Positions 24,072 to 32,759 of a stretch of 33,627 nt of DNA are shown here, piece after piece; the stretch's first letter is position 1, and each line of letters opens with the position of its first letter. The notes below the pieces were generated by a model, which saw nothing but the letters and a program-made list of their open reading frames with translations, did not search any database and was not told where the DNA came from. Location: the IMG/VR virus record IMGVR_UViG_3300023314_000006, positions 1 to 33,627 of that record; one strand, given 5' to 3'. Source of the DNA: a virus (Duplodnaviria; Caudoviricetes). Made by a program: the position numbers and the translations under genes.

Positions 24072-25679
24072 TTAGTACGTGGTATAATCTATTGTGACCC
24101 TATTAGCGTAATCGTTCCATCGCAGGTAGTATATCGTTAGTCCATTGGCCGCCGTGTTGCATCCTGGTTGTGCGCCTGTTCCAAGTGCGCTGCTGAATGT
24201 CTGACCACGGAAGTATATAGCACTGCCGCCGGTAGCGTTCTGTAGCACCGTGAGCATTACGGTTGATGTGAAGCCACCACCACCCGCAGCGGTTGCGCCG
24301 AACCCTGCAAGTGTCACGGTATCCGCTGCGAAGTTGTCGGTAGTGAAGCCCTGTGAGTGGCCTGTAGTAGCCGTTAACGTGGTTGCATGGGTAGTGAGGG
24401 TTAGTGTGTTGGTAGTTACAGCGGCGATGGCAACCGTGGGGTTAACCGATGCCGTGCCCGTGAGCGTAAGCCCATCCCCTACATACACTACAGTAGCCGA
24501 CCCGCTACCGGCTGATATAGCCACGGTAGTAATGGTTGTTATCCTCCCCTTGCTATCTACAGTAAGCACCTGATTCACCGTGCCGCTGCCATACGTGCCC
24601 GGCGTGGCGTTAACGGTCTGTAATGTGGCGGCTGCACTGCCGGGGCCGGTCGCTGATACATCGCCTGTAAGTGCTGTTATATAGTTTCCTGTATTTTGTT
24701 TCAGATTAATGCGCCCGCTCAGTCCGGCAGTGTCGGCACTATTTAGTTTGAGGTTAATTCTACCTGACAAACCTGCCGTATCTGAACTATTCAATTTTAA
24801 ATTTATCCTGCCAGATAGCCCCGCCGTATCACTTGAATTTAGCTTTAAGTTTATCCTATTGGATAGTCCAACGGTATCCGCATAGCCCATTTTCAAGTTG
24901 ATACGGTTGCTCAAAGATGCTGTATCCGTTGCTGTAAGTTTAAGATTTATCCTGTTCGACAACCCCACGGTGTCGCTGTAATTCATCTTGAGATTGATGC
25001 GATTGCTTAGGCTTGCCGTGTCCACACTGTTGAGCTTTAGATTTATCCTGTTGCTTAATGAGGTGGTATCTGTACCCGCCGGTAAATGACTATTGAAGTA
25101 ATCGAGCGTGATGGGGTTTTTCGCAGTGTTACTATCAGCACGTATAAAAAACAAAGCCTGAGAATTGACCCCTGTAATGTAATTGCCGAATAGGTACGTG
25201 TACACATCATTTATCCATCCGTTTGTAAGTCCTGTAGTAGGTACGTGCTGATTGTCCGGCGAACCGCCTACGCTGTCAACGGCTGATAGGTTTAACTTAT
25301 TGCCTATAGCCCCGTATATGTTCGCACGGCTGGTATCTGACCTGTATTTGGTGTAGAAAGTGGCACTATCCCCGCCGCCACCGTTCATGATGATGTATGT
25401 ACTATCTGTTGGAGATAGACCGCCTGAGCCGCCGCCACCATTAAGCATTACCGCCATACCGTTACTGTCTATACCCATGTACCTTACGGTATGAGGTATG
25501 GCGTAGAACGGCATCCGCAGCGTACCGGCTATAAACTGGCTCCATAGGTTGCTATCCAATGTCTGTGTATTCCCGTGAGGGTACACCTTCAACCGCGGCT
25601 GCAAAACACCGCCGGACGACCGTTGCCCGAAGCACGCAGAAGACAAAGTAAATGCAAGTATGAATAATATTATTCTCAT
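24072..25679 (-). CDS. Fibre protein with a signal peptide and 16-aa repeats
   Basis: MRIILFILAFTLSSACFG-Q; 8 repeats; GTYGS...LTVDSKGRIT fibre motif; G/T/A-rich. Confidence 0.8.
   Translation of the reverse strand: MRIILFILAFTLSSACFGQRSSGGVLQPRLKVYPHGNTQTLDSNLWSQFIAGTLRMPFYAIPHTVRYMGIDSNGMAVMLNGGGGSGGLSPTDSTYIIMNGGGGDSATFYTKYRSDTSRANIYGAIGNKLNLSAVDSVGGSPDNQHVPTTGLTNGWINDVYTYLFGNYITGVNSQALFFIRADSNTAKNPITLDYFNSHLPAGTDTTSLSNRINLKLNSVDTASLSNRINLKMNYSDTVGLSNRINLKLTATDTASLSNRINLKMGYADTVGLSNRINLKLNSSDTAGLSGRINLKLNSSDTAGLSGRINLKLNSADTAGLSGRINLKQNTGNYITALTGDVSATGPGSAAATLQTVNATPGTYGSGTVNQVLTVDSKGRITTITTVAISAGSGSATVVYVGDGLTLTGTASVNPTVAIAAVTTNTLTLTTHATTLTATTGHSQGFTTDNFAADTVTLAGFGATAAGGGGFTSTVMLTVLQNATGGSAIYFRGQTFSSALGTGAQPGCNTAANGLTIYYLRWNDYANRVTIDYTTY
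24699..25070 (-). repeat. Eight 16-aa (48-bp) repeats DTxxLS(N/G)RINLKxxxx
   Basis: Visible in translation; strongly diverged at synonymous sites. Confidence 0.95.
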
Positions 25680-26152
25680 TATAATTGTGTGCTAATTAAT
25701 GACCATTGGTAGTTTGCTCCCGGTATTAATGCGTTACCTCCCGCAGTAATACGTATTACTGCGGCCGAAAGAGAAAATATAATCACCTGATTGGGCCCCG
25801 ATAGCAGGGATGCATTGCTGTTGGCTGGCGACCACACCACGGAAGGGGCTGCGGTTTTGGGCGTTCCGTATGTTATTTCGGCTACAGTAGCGGCAGATGC
25901 CGGGGTTGTACCAATAGTTACGCTCACCGTCATGTTATTATCATTGCCCACAAGAATAGATACGCTGCCCCCAGTTCCCAAGCCTGCACCTGCCGTAATT
26001 GTCGGAGTGCTGGTAGTTCTGAAAGGGAACTTACTCTTAAGGTAGTTGACAAGAGAAGAGACGGGGAATAGGCAATCCAATGGCCCCGTGCGAACGCCAA
26101 CTAAAGCATCATTATCTCCTATTGCCTGCCCAGGTATTTCGCTTAGTTTCAT
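25679..26152 (-). CDS. Putative virion fibre/adaptor protein without a signal peptide
   Basis: MKLSEIP...GDNDALVGVR N-terminus; PTITAGAG.GT.GSVS..GND beta-rich domain. Confidence 0.6.
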   Translation of the reverse strand: MKLSEIPGQAIGDNDALVGVRTGPLDCLFPVSSLVNYLKSKFPFRTTSTPTITAGAGLGTGGSVSILVGNDNNMTVSVTIGTTPASAATVAEITYGTPKTAAPSVVWSPANSNASLLSGPNQVIIFSLSAAVIRITAGGNALIPGANYQWSLISTQL

Positions 26153-26769
26153 GGTTCTATTACGTCTAAAAAGTACCCTATATCTGTGTTGTTAATTCGA
26201 ACTTCAGTCATTACCTCGCTGCATATCCCCCCCTTATTGGTCACTATGTTTATTTCCGGAACCTCTATGCAGTACTCTATCATGGCGGTAACCTCATTTG
26301 TGGCATCCTGCCATTGCTGCGCCTGATATACCTCAACCTTATTTACATAGGCCTGCTTATTGAATGGCGGCGCAAAACCAAGCCTTATGTATGCCTGATT
26401 AGCAAGGATGGCGCGGATGGCGCGGATAAGCCTGTGTATGTCTACGGTTGCTATCTGGTCGCCCGCTTTAACCGCTGTTGTCTTTGCCCGGGTTGATAGT
26501 TCGATATTGTAGGTGTACAAACCATGCACCTGCGTTATCTCCCTGCTCTTCTCATCATATTGGCCGCCCTGAAACCTTATATTCACATAGGGCAATTCAG
26601 TGGGTACATTTGGCGGATCTATGCGCTCTAACCATACTTTATCAGGCGCGTCAAAAGTGGGATCTAATGCTTTTTGATTTGCAAGCTCCAGCAGCAGCAC
26701 CGCGCCGAGCGCATCTCGGATGCGTTCAAATGAAGCGGGTGGTATGATACCGTTTATCTTTGCGGGCAT
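26149..26769 (-). CDS. Putative neck / tail-terminator protein
   Basis: FERIRD.LG.VL..EL.NQ...ER..P...ELP.VN; position after head genes. Confidence 0.55.
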   Translation of the reverse strand: MPAKINGIIPPASFERIRDALGAVLLLELANQKALDPTFDAPDKVWLERIDPPNVPTELPYVNIRFQGGQYDEKSREITQVHGLYTYNIELSTRAKTTAVKAGDQIATVDIHRLIRAIRAILANQAYIRLGFAPPFNKQAYVNKVEVYQAQQWQDATNEVTAMIEYCIEVPEINIVTNKGGICSEVMTEVRINNTDIGYFLDVIEP

Positions 26770-27473
26770 TAGAAACTATATATTGGCGCGTTAATGTTAA
26801 ATGCTATCTGGTCTCCGGGAACAATAGACCCGTAAGTGAATGTGAATGTGCCATTGTTATCGAACCGCTCTTGATAATTATCGTTTCCGACAATGAATGG
26901 CACAAGTACAAAGCAGTTAACTGTATCTCGCACGTAAGGCACGGTAAATGAGCCGTCCTCGTTAAGCGCATATTGCAGTGGTATCACATCTCCATTATCC
27001 AGGGTCTGCGTAGTGTCGTCCGGCGTGGTTACAATATCAACATATACCTTCAGTTCGCCGTAGCCCACTATGACCTTTACAGGGATCGTAGGCGCATCGT
27101 AATCATCGAGTATCAGCACTATCAGTCCTATATTTTCGTCCGGCCTGTTCTGCCTTACTGAGTATGTCCACTCCAGCCCGCTTACATCAGTCCAAGTAAC
27201 TTTATGCTGCAACAGGTCTACTTCATTCTGCATGTTACGGGTAGGATAACCCGCCTCTATCAGTGCCGCCTCGCTTACTGCTATACTGGCAGTTCGTGCC
27301 ACACTCCTGAACCCGTTCTCATCCTGCTTCAGCATGTGCTTTGTCTGCAATGCCGATACGGTCTTTGTGATAGTATTGTCAGGGTTAACGAATATTACTG
27401 ATGTGCCAAAACCCGTAACGTTATTGGTAGTTATACGCTGTATAAGTTGCTGCGCACGGTTGGTAATATTCAT
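26769..27473 (-). CDS. Putative head-closure (gpFII-like) protein with a C-terminal extension
   Basis: N-terminal beta domain ending PDENIGLIVLILDD, plus about 105 extra aa. Confidence 0.55.
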   Translation of the reverse strand: MNITNRAQQLIQRITTNNVTGFGTSVIFVNPDNTITKTVSALQTKHMLKQDENGFRSVARTASIAVSEAALIEAGYPTRNMQNEVDLLQHKVTWTDVSGLEWTYSVRQNRPDENIGLIVLILDDYDAPTIPVKVIVGYGELKVYVDIVTTPDDTTQTLDNGDVIPLQYALNEDGSFTVPYVRDTVNCFVLVPFIVGNDNYQERFDNNGTFTFTYGSIVPGDQIAFNINAPIYSF

Positions 27474-27685
27474 TATTTGGTCTTTGTCTTGCCCTTAGTC
27501 TCTGGTTCAAAAGATACCGGATGTTCTACAGATAGCGGGGCTACTTCTTCAATGAAGCCGCCGTTTTTGAGCCTGTCTATCTCATCGGGCAAAAAGGCAT
27601 CTTCTGGTAGCACATCTCCACCGTTGAGAACCTTTTTAAGCATACCGGAGTAGCACGATGCGGCAATTACCTTATACTGTTTCAT
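27473..27685 (-). CDS. Small post-capsid protein B
   Basis: MKQYKVIA...GDV...L...GFIEEV. Confidence 0.7.
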   Translation of the reverse strand: MKQYKVIAASCYSGMLKKVLNGGDVLPEDAFLPDEIDRLKNGGFIEEVAPLSVEHPVSFEPETKGKTKTK

Positions 27686-27851
27686 TGGTCTTGTTTTTTG
27701 CGGGTTTCTCTTCCTTCACTTCCTCTATTGCTTTTTTGGCAACAAGTTCGGCCACATCAGAAAATTCAGTTTCGTTCACCACGTCGCCTTTTGCATATTT
27801 TGCGCTTAGGTGCGTGGTTATTGAATTGGCAAGTACTCTGTATTGCTTCAT
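27672..27851 (-). CDS. Small post-capsid protein A (59 aa)
   Basis: Manual translation MKQYRVLANSITTHLSAKYAKGDVVNETEFSDVAELVAKKAIEEVKEEKPAKNKTNETV. Confidence 0.7.
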   Translation of the reverse strand: MKQYRVLANSITTHLSAKYAKGDVVNETEFSDVAELVAKKAIEEVKEEKPAKNKTNETV

Positions 27852-27864
27852 GTCAGATTTTTTT

Positions 27865-27899
27865 AAAAAGCCCCGCCGGTATTTATTCAGCGGGGCTTT
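27865..27899 (-). terminator. Intrinsic terminator after the major capsid gene
   Basis: AAAGCCCCGCTG...CGGCGGGGCTTTTT on the minus strand. Confidence 0.85.
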
Positions 27900-27919
27900 G
27901 TGATGGTGTCTGCTTAATG

Positions 27920-29005
27920 TTATGCTACCGGCTGTACAGTGTATATCTGGTCTACTGCGGTAGGTATTGCTATACCACAGCTCTTAATATCCATGATGTG
28001 CGATGTCATGCGCGGGTCGATATAATCCTCAACGAGGTATGCTTGTGGTTCAACAGATGGGGCTATAAGGCCGCCATTGCTATCACCCCTAACCACACGC
28101 GGAACGGCAGCGAATGCCATTTTAAAGCGTGGTCGCTTAGGTATCATTATCACCTTTTTAGGGTCTATATACGGTGTGGCCACCACATTGCCGCCGCTCA
28201 CTACATCGTATGATTGCGGGTAAGACCAAAGTTCGGTCTTGTACTGGCCTATGGTTAGCGTGCCGTGGTAATCTGCACCTGCGCTGTCACGCTGCGGAGT
28301 GCTTACCGTGTCGATAGAATTGTTTAAGTTCTGGAACACACGACCTTTAAATATAGTGTTGTTGAACAGGTCGTTGAGTGCAGTTTCTCCAAGGATGGTT
28401 ACAAATGTAGTGTCCGGGCTTTTGCCTACAGTGCGCAGGAACTTAGCACCTGCCGCAAGTGTCGCAAAAGGATCAACCGTTCCGGTAGCCCATGTATTGC
28501 CCGCGCCATTAGCTACGAGGCTTGCAGCCTTACGGCGGTAGTCTACGCTATCGCCATTGACCATTGTTGCCACACCCGTTTGCAGTATCTGCGCACACTG
28601 GTTTTCATACGCGCGCTCCATCTTGTTACGCAACATTGAAATCCTCCGGGCGCAAAGGGCAACTATCTGAGAGAATACACCCACCTCTATACCTGCGCTG
28701 CCAAATAGGCGGTCGTACAGGTCTATGTCGGTCATCTCGAAATACTCACGGTAGTACGCAGGGTCGATAACTTTTTCAGTTGATTTCGTAAACTTGTTAC
28801 GCGTTCCTTCGCTGCCCCGCTGTACATCTACTGATATAAGCTCAAGGTCACGCTCTACCTGAATAGATACATAACGGGTGAACTCCTGAACCGAAGGGAA
28901 AAACGACCGTAAGAAATTGGTCGGGGAGAGCATATCCTCGTACACATCCACAAGGGCTGATGTGAGCTGCGCTCTCGCTTGGTTGGTTGCTATTATTCCT
29001 GCCAT
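27920..29005 (-). CDS. Major capsid protein, lambda gpE family
   Basis: 361 aa; FL.SFFP, V.RG..G, P.Y.E, R..E..C.QIL.TG, VDY.R, YIDPKKV; follows the Clp and decoration genes. Confidence 0.9.
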   Translation of the reverse strand: MAGIIATNQARAQLTSALVDVYEDMLSPTNFLRSFFPSVQEFTRYVSIQVERDLELISVDVQRGSEGTRNKFTKSTEKVIDPAYYREYFEMTDIDLYDRLFGSAGIEVGVFSQIVALCARRISMLRNKMERAYENQCAQILQTGVATMVNGDSVDYRRKAASLVANGAGNTWATGTVDPFATLAAGAKFLRTVGKSPDTTFVTILGETALNDLFNNTIFKGRVFQNLNNSIDTVSTPQRDSAGADYHGTLTIGQYKTELWSYPQSYDVVSGGNVVATPYIDPKKVIMIPKRPRFKMAFAAVPRVVRGDSNGGLIAPSVEPQAYLVEDYIDPRMTSHIMDIKSCGIAIPTAVDQIYTVQPVA

Positions 29006-29027
29006 TTTTTAGTTGTTTTTTATCGGT

Positions 29028-29495
29028 TTAGTTGTCGGCTATTGTGTTTTCTACACCTGCTACAGGGTTAATTCCTTTGCCTACAAGTATGTCCTCTATG
29101 GTGCCATACTGTGTAGTTGTAGCCGCCGGAACGCTGCTATTGAACAGGATAACGGTAGCGAATGTATCTGTACCGTTGCTGAATGTCAGGGCGGCGGGGT
29201 CTACATCTCCGCTATAGCAATACGTTAGTGTTGCGGAAGCCCCGTTAAGAACGACATGCGAACCGCGCAATATACCGATAGGTATCTGGCTGCCGTTGGT
29301 AGCGGTTGACACCATCGGTACAACTAACCCCGTAGCGAATATCCGGCCAAGGACCGTACCAGATGCAAGGGTTACCGTACCACCAGTACTGTTGGTATAT
29401 GATGCTGTCCGGAACCTGCCATTCCAGATGAATGTCTTTGTGTAGTCGAATTGGGTAGTAAGTAACCCGTTAAGATATGCTGTAGTTGTTGCCAT
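29028..29495 (-). CDS. Head decoration protein (gpD-like position)
   Basis: LASGTVLGRI..TG..VP....TNGSQIPIGIL. Confidence 0.8.
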   Translation of the reverse strand: MATTTAYLNGLLTTQFDYTKTFIWNGRFRTASYTNSTGGTVTLASGTVLGRIFATGLVVPMVSTATNGSQIPIGILRGSHVVLNGASATLTYCYSGDVDPAALTFSNGTDTFATVILFNSSVPAATTTQYGTIEDILVGKGINPVAGVENTIADN

Positions 29496-29500
29496 GTCAG

Positions 29501-30469
29501 TTATATTTTAGGGGTCATTTTTTTTACGTTAGCCTTTACCTGTGCCATGAAGTCGGCATTTGCCGCCTGCTCTGCTGTGGTTGTGTTGTCTGTAACTCCG
29601 GTAGTCACATCAGCAGTAGCATCAGCCGCTATATTTGCAAGCCCTGCCTTAGCGAACATCTTGCGCTGAAATTCAGCCGTCATTTTCGGTGTCAATGTGC
29701 CGCCGTTCTCGATAGCCTCAGCCACCGCCTTAGGGTCAACGTCATGGAACACCATAAGGGACGATACACGCATCTTTTCAGCGTCTGCGCCCTCTTTCAC
29801 TATCGCATCGTAAGCCGCCGGATTGGCTGCTTTAAAATCTGCTGAAGTCATAATATTTGTGGTTTGTGTTAATACTGGTTCTGTAGAGAACGCTGCAACG
29901 CCATAAGATGAGGCAAGCGCATGGATCTCGTTTTTCTTAGCAGGGGTTAGGGCGTTCACGCGGTTCACTAAGCCCATTTCTTTTGCCTGTGCCGCTGTGA
30001 TATTTACATCTATTCGGCTATTCAGGCTGAATACCTCATCGAGCGTTACGCCGGTGATAAGATGAAATGTGGCTGGAGCTATTTTGGCTTCAGTGGCCGC
30101 CTGTAATGATGTGTTTATTTTTGTGAGCTGTGCCTTTACCTCATCGGTAAATATTTCGGGGTCTTCTTCCATCCATGATGGATAGGCCGCCCTGTGTATC
30201 ATGAAGTCGGAAACGTCAAGGCACTCTACATCATCAGCATACACACAAAAGAAAAAGCCGCCGGACTTAGCCATGCCGTCAACCTTTAGTGTCTTGCCTT
30301 TGGTATGCTCCGCGTACTTTGCGTACATGCCATACGCCCCATACACTTCACCACCGGGGCAATTCATTCGTACCGTTATATCATTGCCCTTATTCGCCTC
30401 CATCTGCTCGATAAAATCGGCAGCCGTGAACGAGTATATCGGACTATATAAAAGTATCTCCTTTGTCAT
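29501..30469 (-). CDS. ClpP-like prohead protease with a scaffold-like C-terminus
   Basis: RMNCPGGEVY.A, VDGMAKSGG (Ser), FMIHRA (His), A.QAKEMGLVN. Confidence 0.9.
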   Translation of the reverse strand: MTKEILLYSPIYSFTAADFIEQMEANKGNDITVRMNCPGGEVYGAYGMYAKYAEHTKGKTLKVDGMAKSGGFFFCVYADDVECLDVSDFMIHRAAYPSWMEEDPEIFTDEVKAQLTKINTSLQAATEAKIAPATFHLITGVTLDEVFSLNSRIDVNITAAQAKEMGLVNRVNALTPAKKNEIHALASSYGVAAFSTEPVLTQTTNIMTSADFKAANPAAYDAIVKEGADAEKMRVSSLMVFHDVDPKAVAEAIENGGTLTPKMTAEFQRKMFAKAGLANIAADATADVTTGVTDNTTTAEQAANADFMAQVKANVKKMTPKI

Positions 30470-30562
30470 GAATGACTAAAAGTAAATAGGGTAAAATAAA
30501 ATGAAACTCAATGCACATAAGTAAGCATAAATAGATTTATATTTGCAAAACACAACTGATTT

Positions 30563-30751
30563 ATGGCAAAAACTAAACAGCATTTCCTACGGCTGACCGT
30601 AAGCCCTATTACGGCTGAAGACCTGAAAGACATTGAAGAGTACTATGGGGAAAGCCCGTCACGTGTTATTTTTGGCGATGTGGCCGAAATAATCAAGACC
30701 CGAGCGGCACGGGCTAAGGTAGCCCTTAATGCAACAAGACCCGCACGGTAG
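30563..30751 (+). CDS. Small putative ribbon-helix-helix DNA-binding protein
   Basis: LRLTVSP...EDLKDI..YYGESPS pattern; TATATTTG at 30538-30545. Confidence 0.55.
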   Translation: MAKTKQHFLRLTVSPITAEDLKDIEEYYGESPSRVIFGDVAEIIKTRAARAKVALNATRPAR

Positions 30752-30763
30752 CGGGTCTTGTTG
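30732..30763. terminator. Hairpin terminator after the portal gene and the small convergent gene
   Basis: CAACAAGACCCGC-ACGGTA-GCGGGTCTTGTTG, 13-bp stem. Confidence 0.75.
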
Positions 30764-30781
30764 TTGGTAGTAGCATGTGTG

Positions 30782-32452
30782 TTATTCCTCTTCTTTTTCA
30801 GTGGCTTCCGTATCGTCCTCTGTTAGCTTATCCTGCTGCTCGATGCCGAGCGCGTCTCCCTCTTCCATTTCCTTAGCGTACTGGCTCATATTCGCCACTG
30901 CATCACCAAGGCCAAGGGCTTTCGCCGCCTGCTCGAAAGTGCCTATCGGCAGATGTTTGCTACCTTCTCCGAGTATAGCCCTCCAATAGTTGGCCTCCTT
31001 CAGCGGGTCTATATGTCCGAGCTTTTCACCCTCCCAGATACACATACGGTAAGCGACAAGAACATACTCGTTCTTTTCCTGCAATGCTTGTAAATAGCCT
31101 GGCGCGTTAATCTCTAAGCTATAGACCCATATATCCATTTGCAGGTTGTATATAGGCTGCAAAAAGTGGTTGCCCTGATAACCCCACTCCCTTGCTAATC
31201 TCATGCCCTCTGCAAGGAATGCGGCACGTGATGCGCTGAAATTGCTATCGAACTTGCTTGCTACTATTTCCGGCGGTATGCCGGCCAGTGCGGCCTGCTC
31301 TTCTATCACCGCTTTATTGAACGGTTCAAAGTGTAACTGATTCCCGCTCTCCAATGCTACCAGTTCAGACCCCGGAGGCATGTTGGTAACAGTGCGGTTT
31401 GTAGACGCGTTAACGGTGTTCGCTATGGCCTTACCCTCTGCGCTGTAATCGAGCTGACTGGATGCGCTCGGACGGTCTATATCATAAGCCTTTGTGAGGT
31501 CTTTAATTCGCGGGTCTTCTCCGGTAGAATTAAGGTCATGCTTAATGAAGTACGGGGCTTTGGCTATCTCTTCTGCCGCCGATACCGTGGCTGATTTGTA
31601 GCGGTTCAATTGGCTTGCAGTTTCCATGCCTGCCGATAAGCGCGGCAACCCTTTTTCGCTATCAACCCTGAAATCCTCATCAGTGAGAATATAGGCCATA
31701 AGACTGCCGGACTTCTTACCGTAAGCCTCTACCCTTTGGTAGTTAAGCCCGTAGCCTGTACGCACGTAATATGCTACGTGGCGGCCTGTGCTGTCTATCT
31801 CTACACCCCATCTTACGCGGTTCCCTGTGTCTGGATTTATGCGCTCAATAGCGTTGTAGTTTATCTTATCCTCAGTAGCGAATGCGAAGTTAATCGGTGT
31901 TTGCAGGTATATGCCATCTACAAGCTGAACCTTCACCACATTATTCACAGGGCGCAGGATAACCAATACGGTACCGGCCACAATGCTGTTGAGGTATGCC
32001 CGTGCATGTACTTCACCGAGCGTATTTTTACCGGCATAATCAGCCATACGGGAATTGGCATAGAGGTTCCACATATCTTCCACCTCTGAATTGAACTTTT
32101 CAAGTTCAAGGTCTATGCCGCTCTTTTTTAGGTAGTTCACCACCGGCGCACATTGCAGCTTCAGGCCACCACCAATAACAGTATCTTTCAGCCGCTTCAT
32201 GATGGTTTTGTAGTTGCTACTCTCCAAGTACAATTGCCATGACCGTATCATAAGGGTGTCATGGTCTACCACATAATTTATCGGTGGTGCCATTTCTCCT
32301 AATGCGTTCTGGCCGTTGTACGGGGCAGTATATGCAGCAGTGCCATAGCCCACACCGATACCAGCTAATGCGGTCGGCTGGGCTTGCTCTTCTACCGGTT
32401 CGGCCTTTGCCTTTTTACTCTTAAATGTTATCTCTAAACTACCTATACGCAT
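30782..32452 (-). CDS. Portal protein, lambda gpB family
   Basis: L.IRSWQLY, VIGGGLKL, GVEID..GRHVAY, GIP.E, NFSASRAA, IDPLKEA. Confidence 0.92.
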   Translation of the reverse strand: MRIGSLEITFKSKKAKAEPVEEQAQPTALAGIGVGYGTAAYTAPYNGQNALGEMAPPINYVVDHDTLMIRSWQLYLESSNYKTIMKRLKDTVIGGGLKLQCAPVVNYLKKSGIDLELEKFNSEVEDMWNLYANSRMADYAGKNTLGEVHARAYLNSIVAGTVLVILRPVNNVVKVQLVDGIYLQTPINFAFATEDKINYNAIERINPDTGNRVRWGVEIDSTGRHVAYYVRTGYGLNYQRVEAYGKKSGSLMAYILTDEDFRVDSEKGLPRLSAGMETASQLNRYKSATVSAAEEIAKAPYFIKHDLNSTGEDPRIKDLTKAYDIDRPSASSQLDYSAEGKAIANTVNASTNRTVTNMPPGSELVALESGNQLHFEPFNKAVIEEQAALAGIPPEIVASKFDSNFSASRAAFLAEGMRLAREWGYQGNHFLQPIYNLQMDIWVYSLEINAPGYLQALQEKNEYVLVAYRMCIWEGEKLGHIDPLKEANYWRAILGEGSKHLPIGTFEQAAKALGLGDAVANMSQYAKEMEEGDALGIEQQDKLTEDDTEATEKEEE

Positions 32453-32757
32453 CTTCTTCCGTATCTTAAATTTTGTTCAGGAATATGGCGAACCTGCCGC
32501 CCATTAAGTCTGCTTACGTACCTCTGCCTGATGCTTTCAAAGGCATCTATAGCATTGCTTATTTCTTTTACGCCGCGGTATTTGCAGGTAACCTTTGTTT
32601 GCCCCGTATCAAGATAGTACTCTGTAAGGTCGCTATTACCGGCGGCACTCAACGAGGCCAAAAATAGCGCATCGATAACGGCATCTATTGCAGCTATTTT
32701 AGCCTCTGTTGTCGTGCAGCTTTGCACATATATTGCCGATGATGAATATTCTACCAT
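32443..32757 (-). CDS. gpW-like head completion protein
   Basis: IAAIDA.I..L...EY.LDTGQT....YR; directly upstream of a lambda-type portal. Confidence 0.6.
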   Translation of the reverse strand: MVEYSSSAIYVQSCTTTEAKIAAIDAVIDALFLASLSAAGNSDLTEYYLDTGQTKVTCKYRGVKEISNAIDAFESIRQRYVSRLNGRQVRHIPEQNLRYGRRCV

Positions 32758-32759
32758 GA

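Noticed and set aside
24699-25070. 48-bp periodicity as a CRISPR array or DGR template/variable repeat
   Set aside because: In-frame coding repeats with synonymous changes at all bases; no spacers, no adenine-specific pattern and no reverse transcriptase in the window
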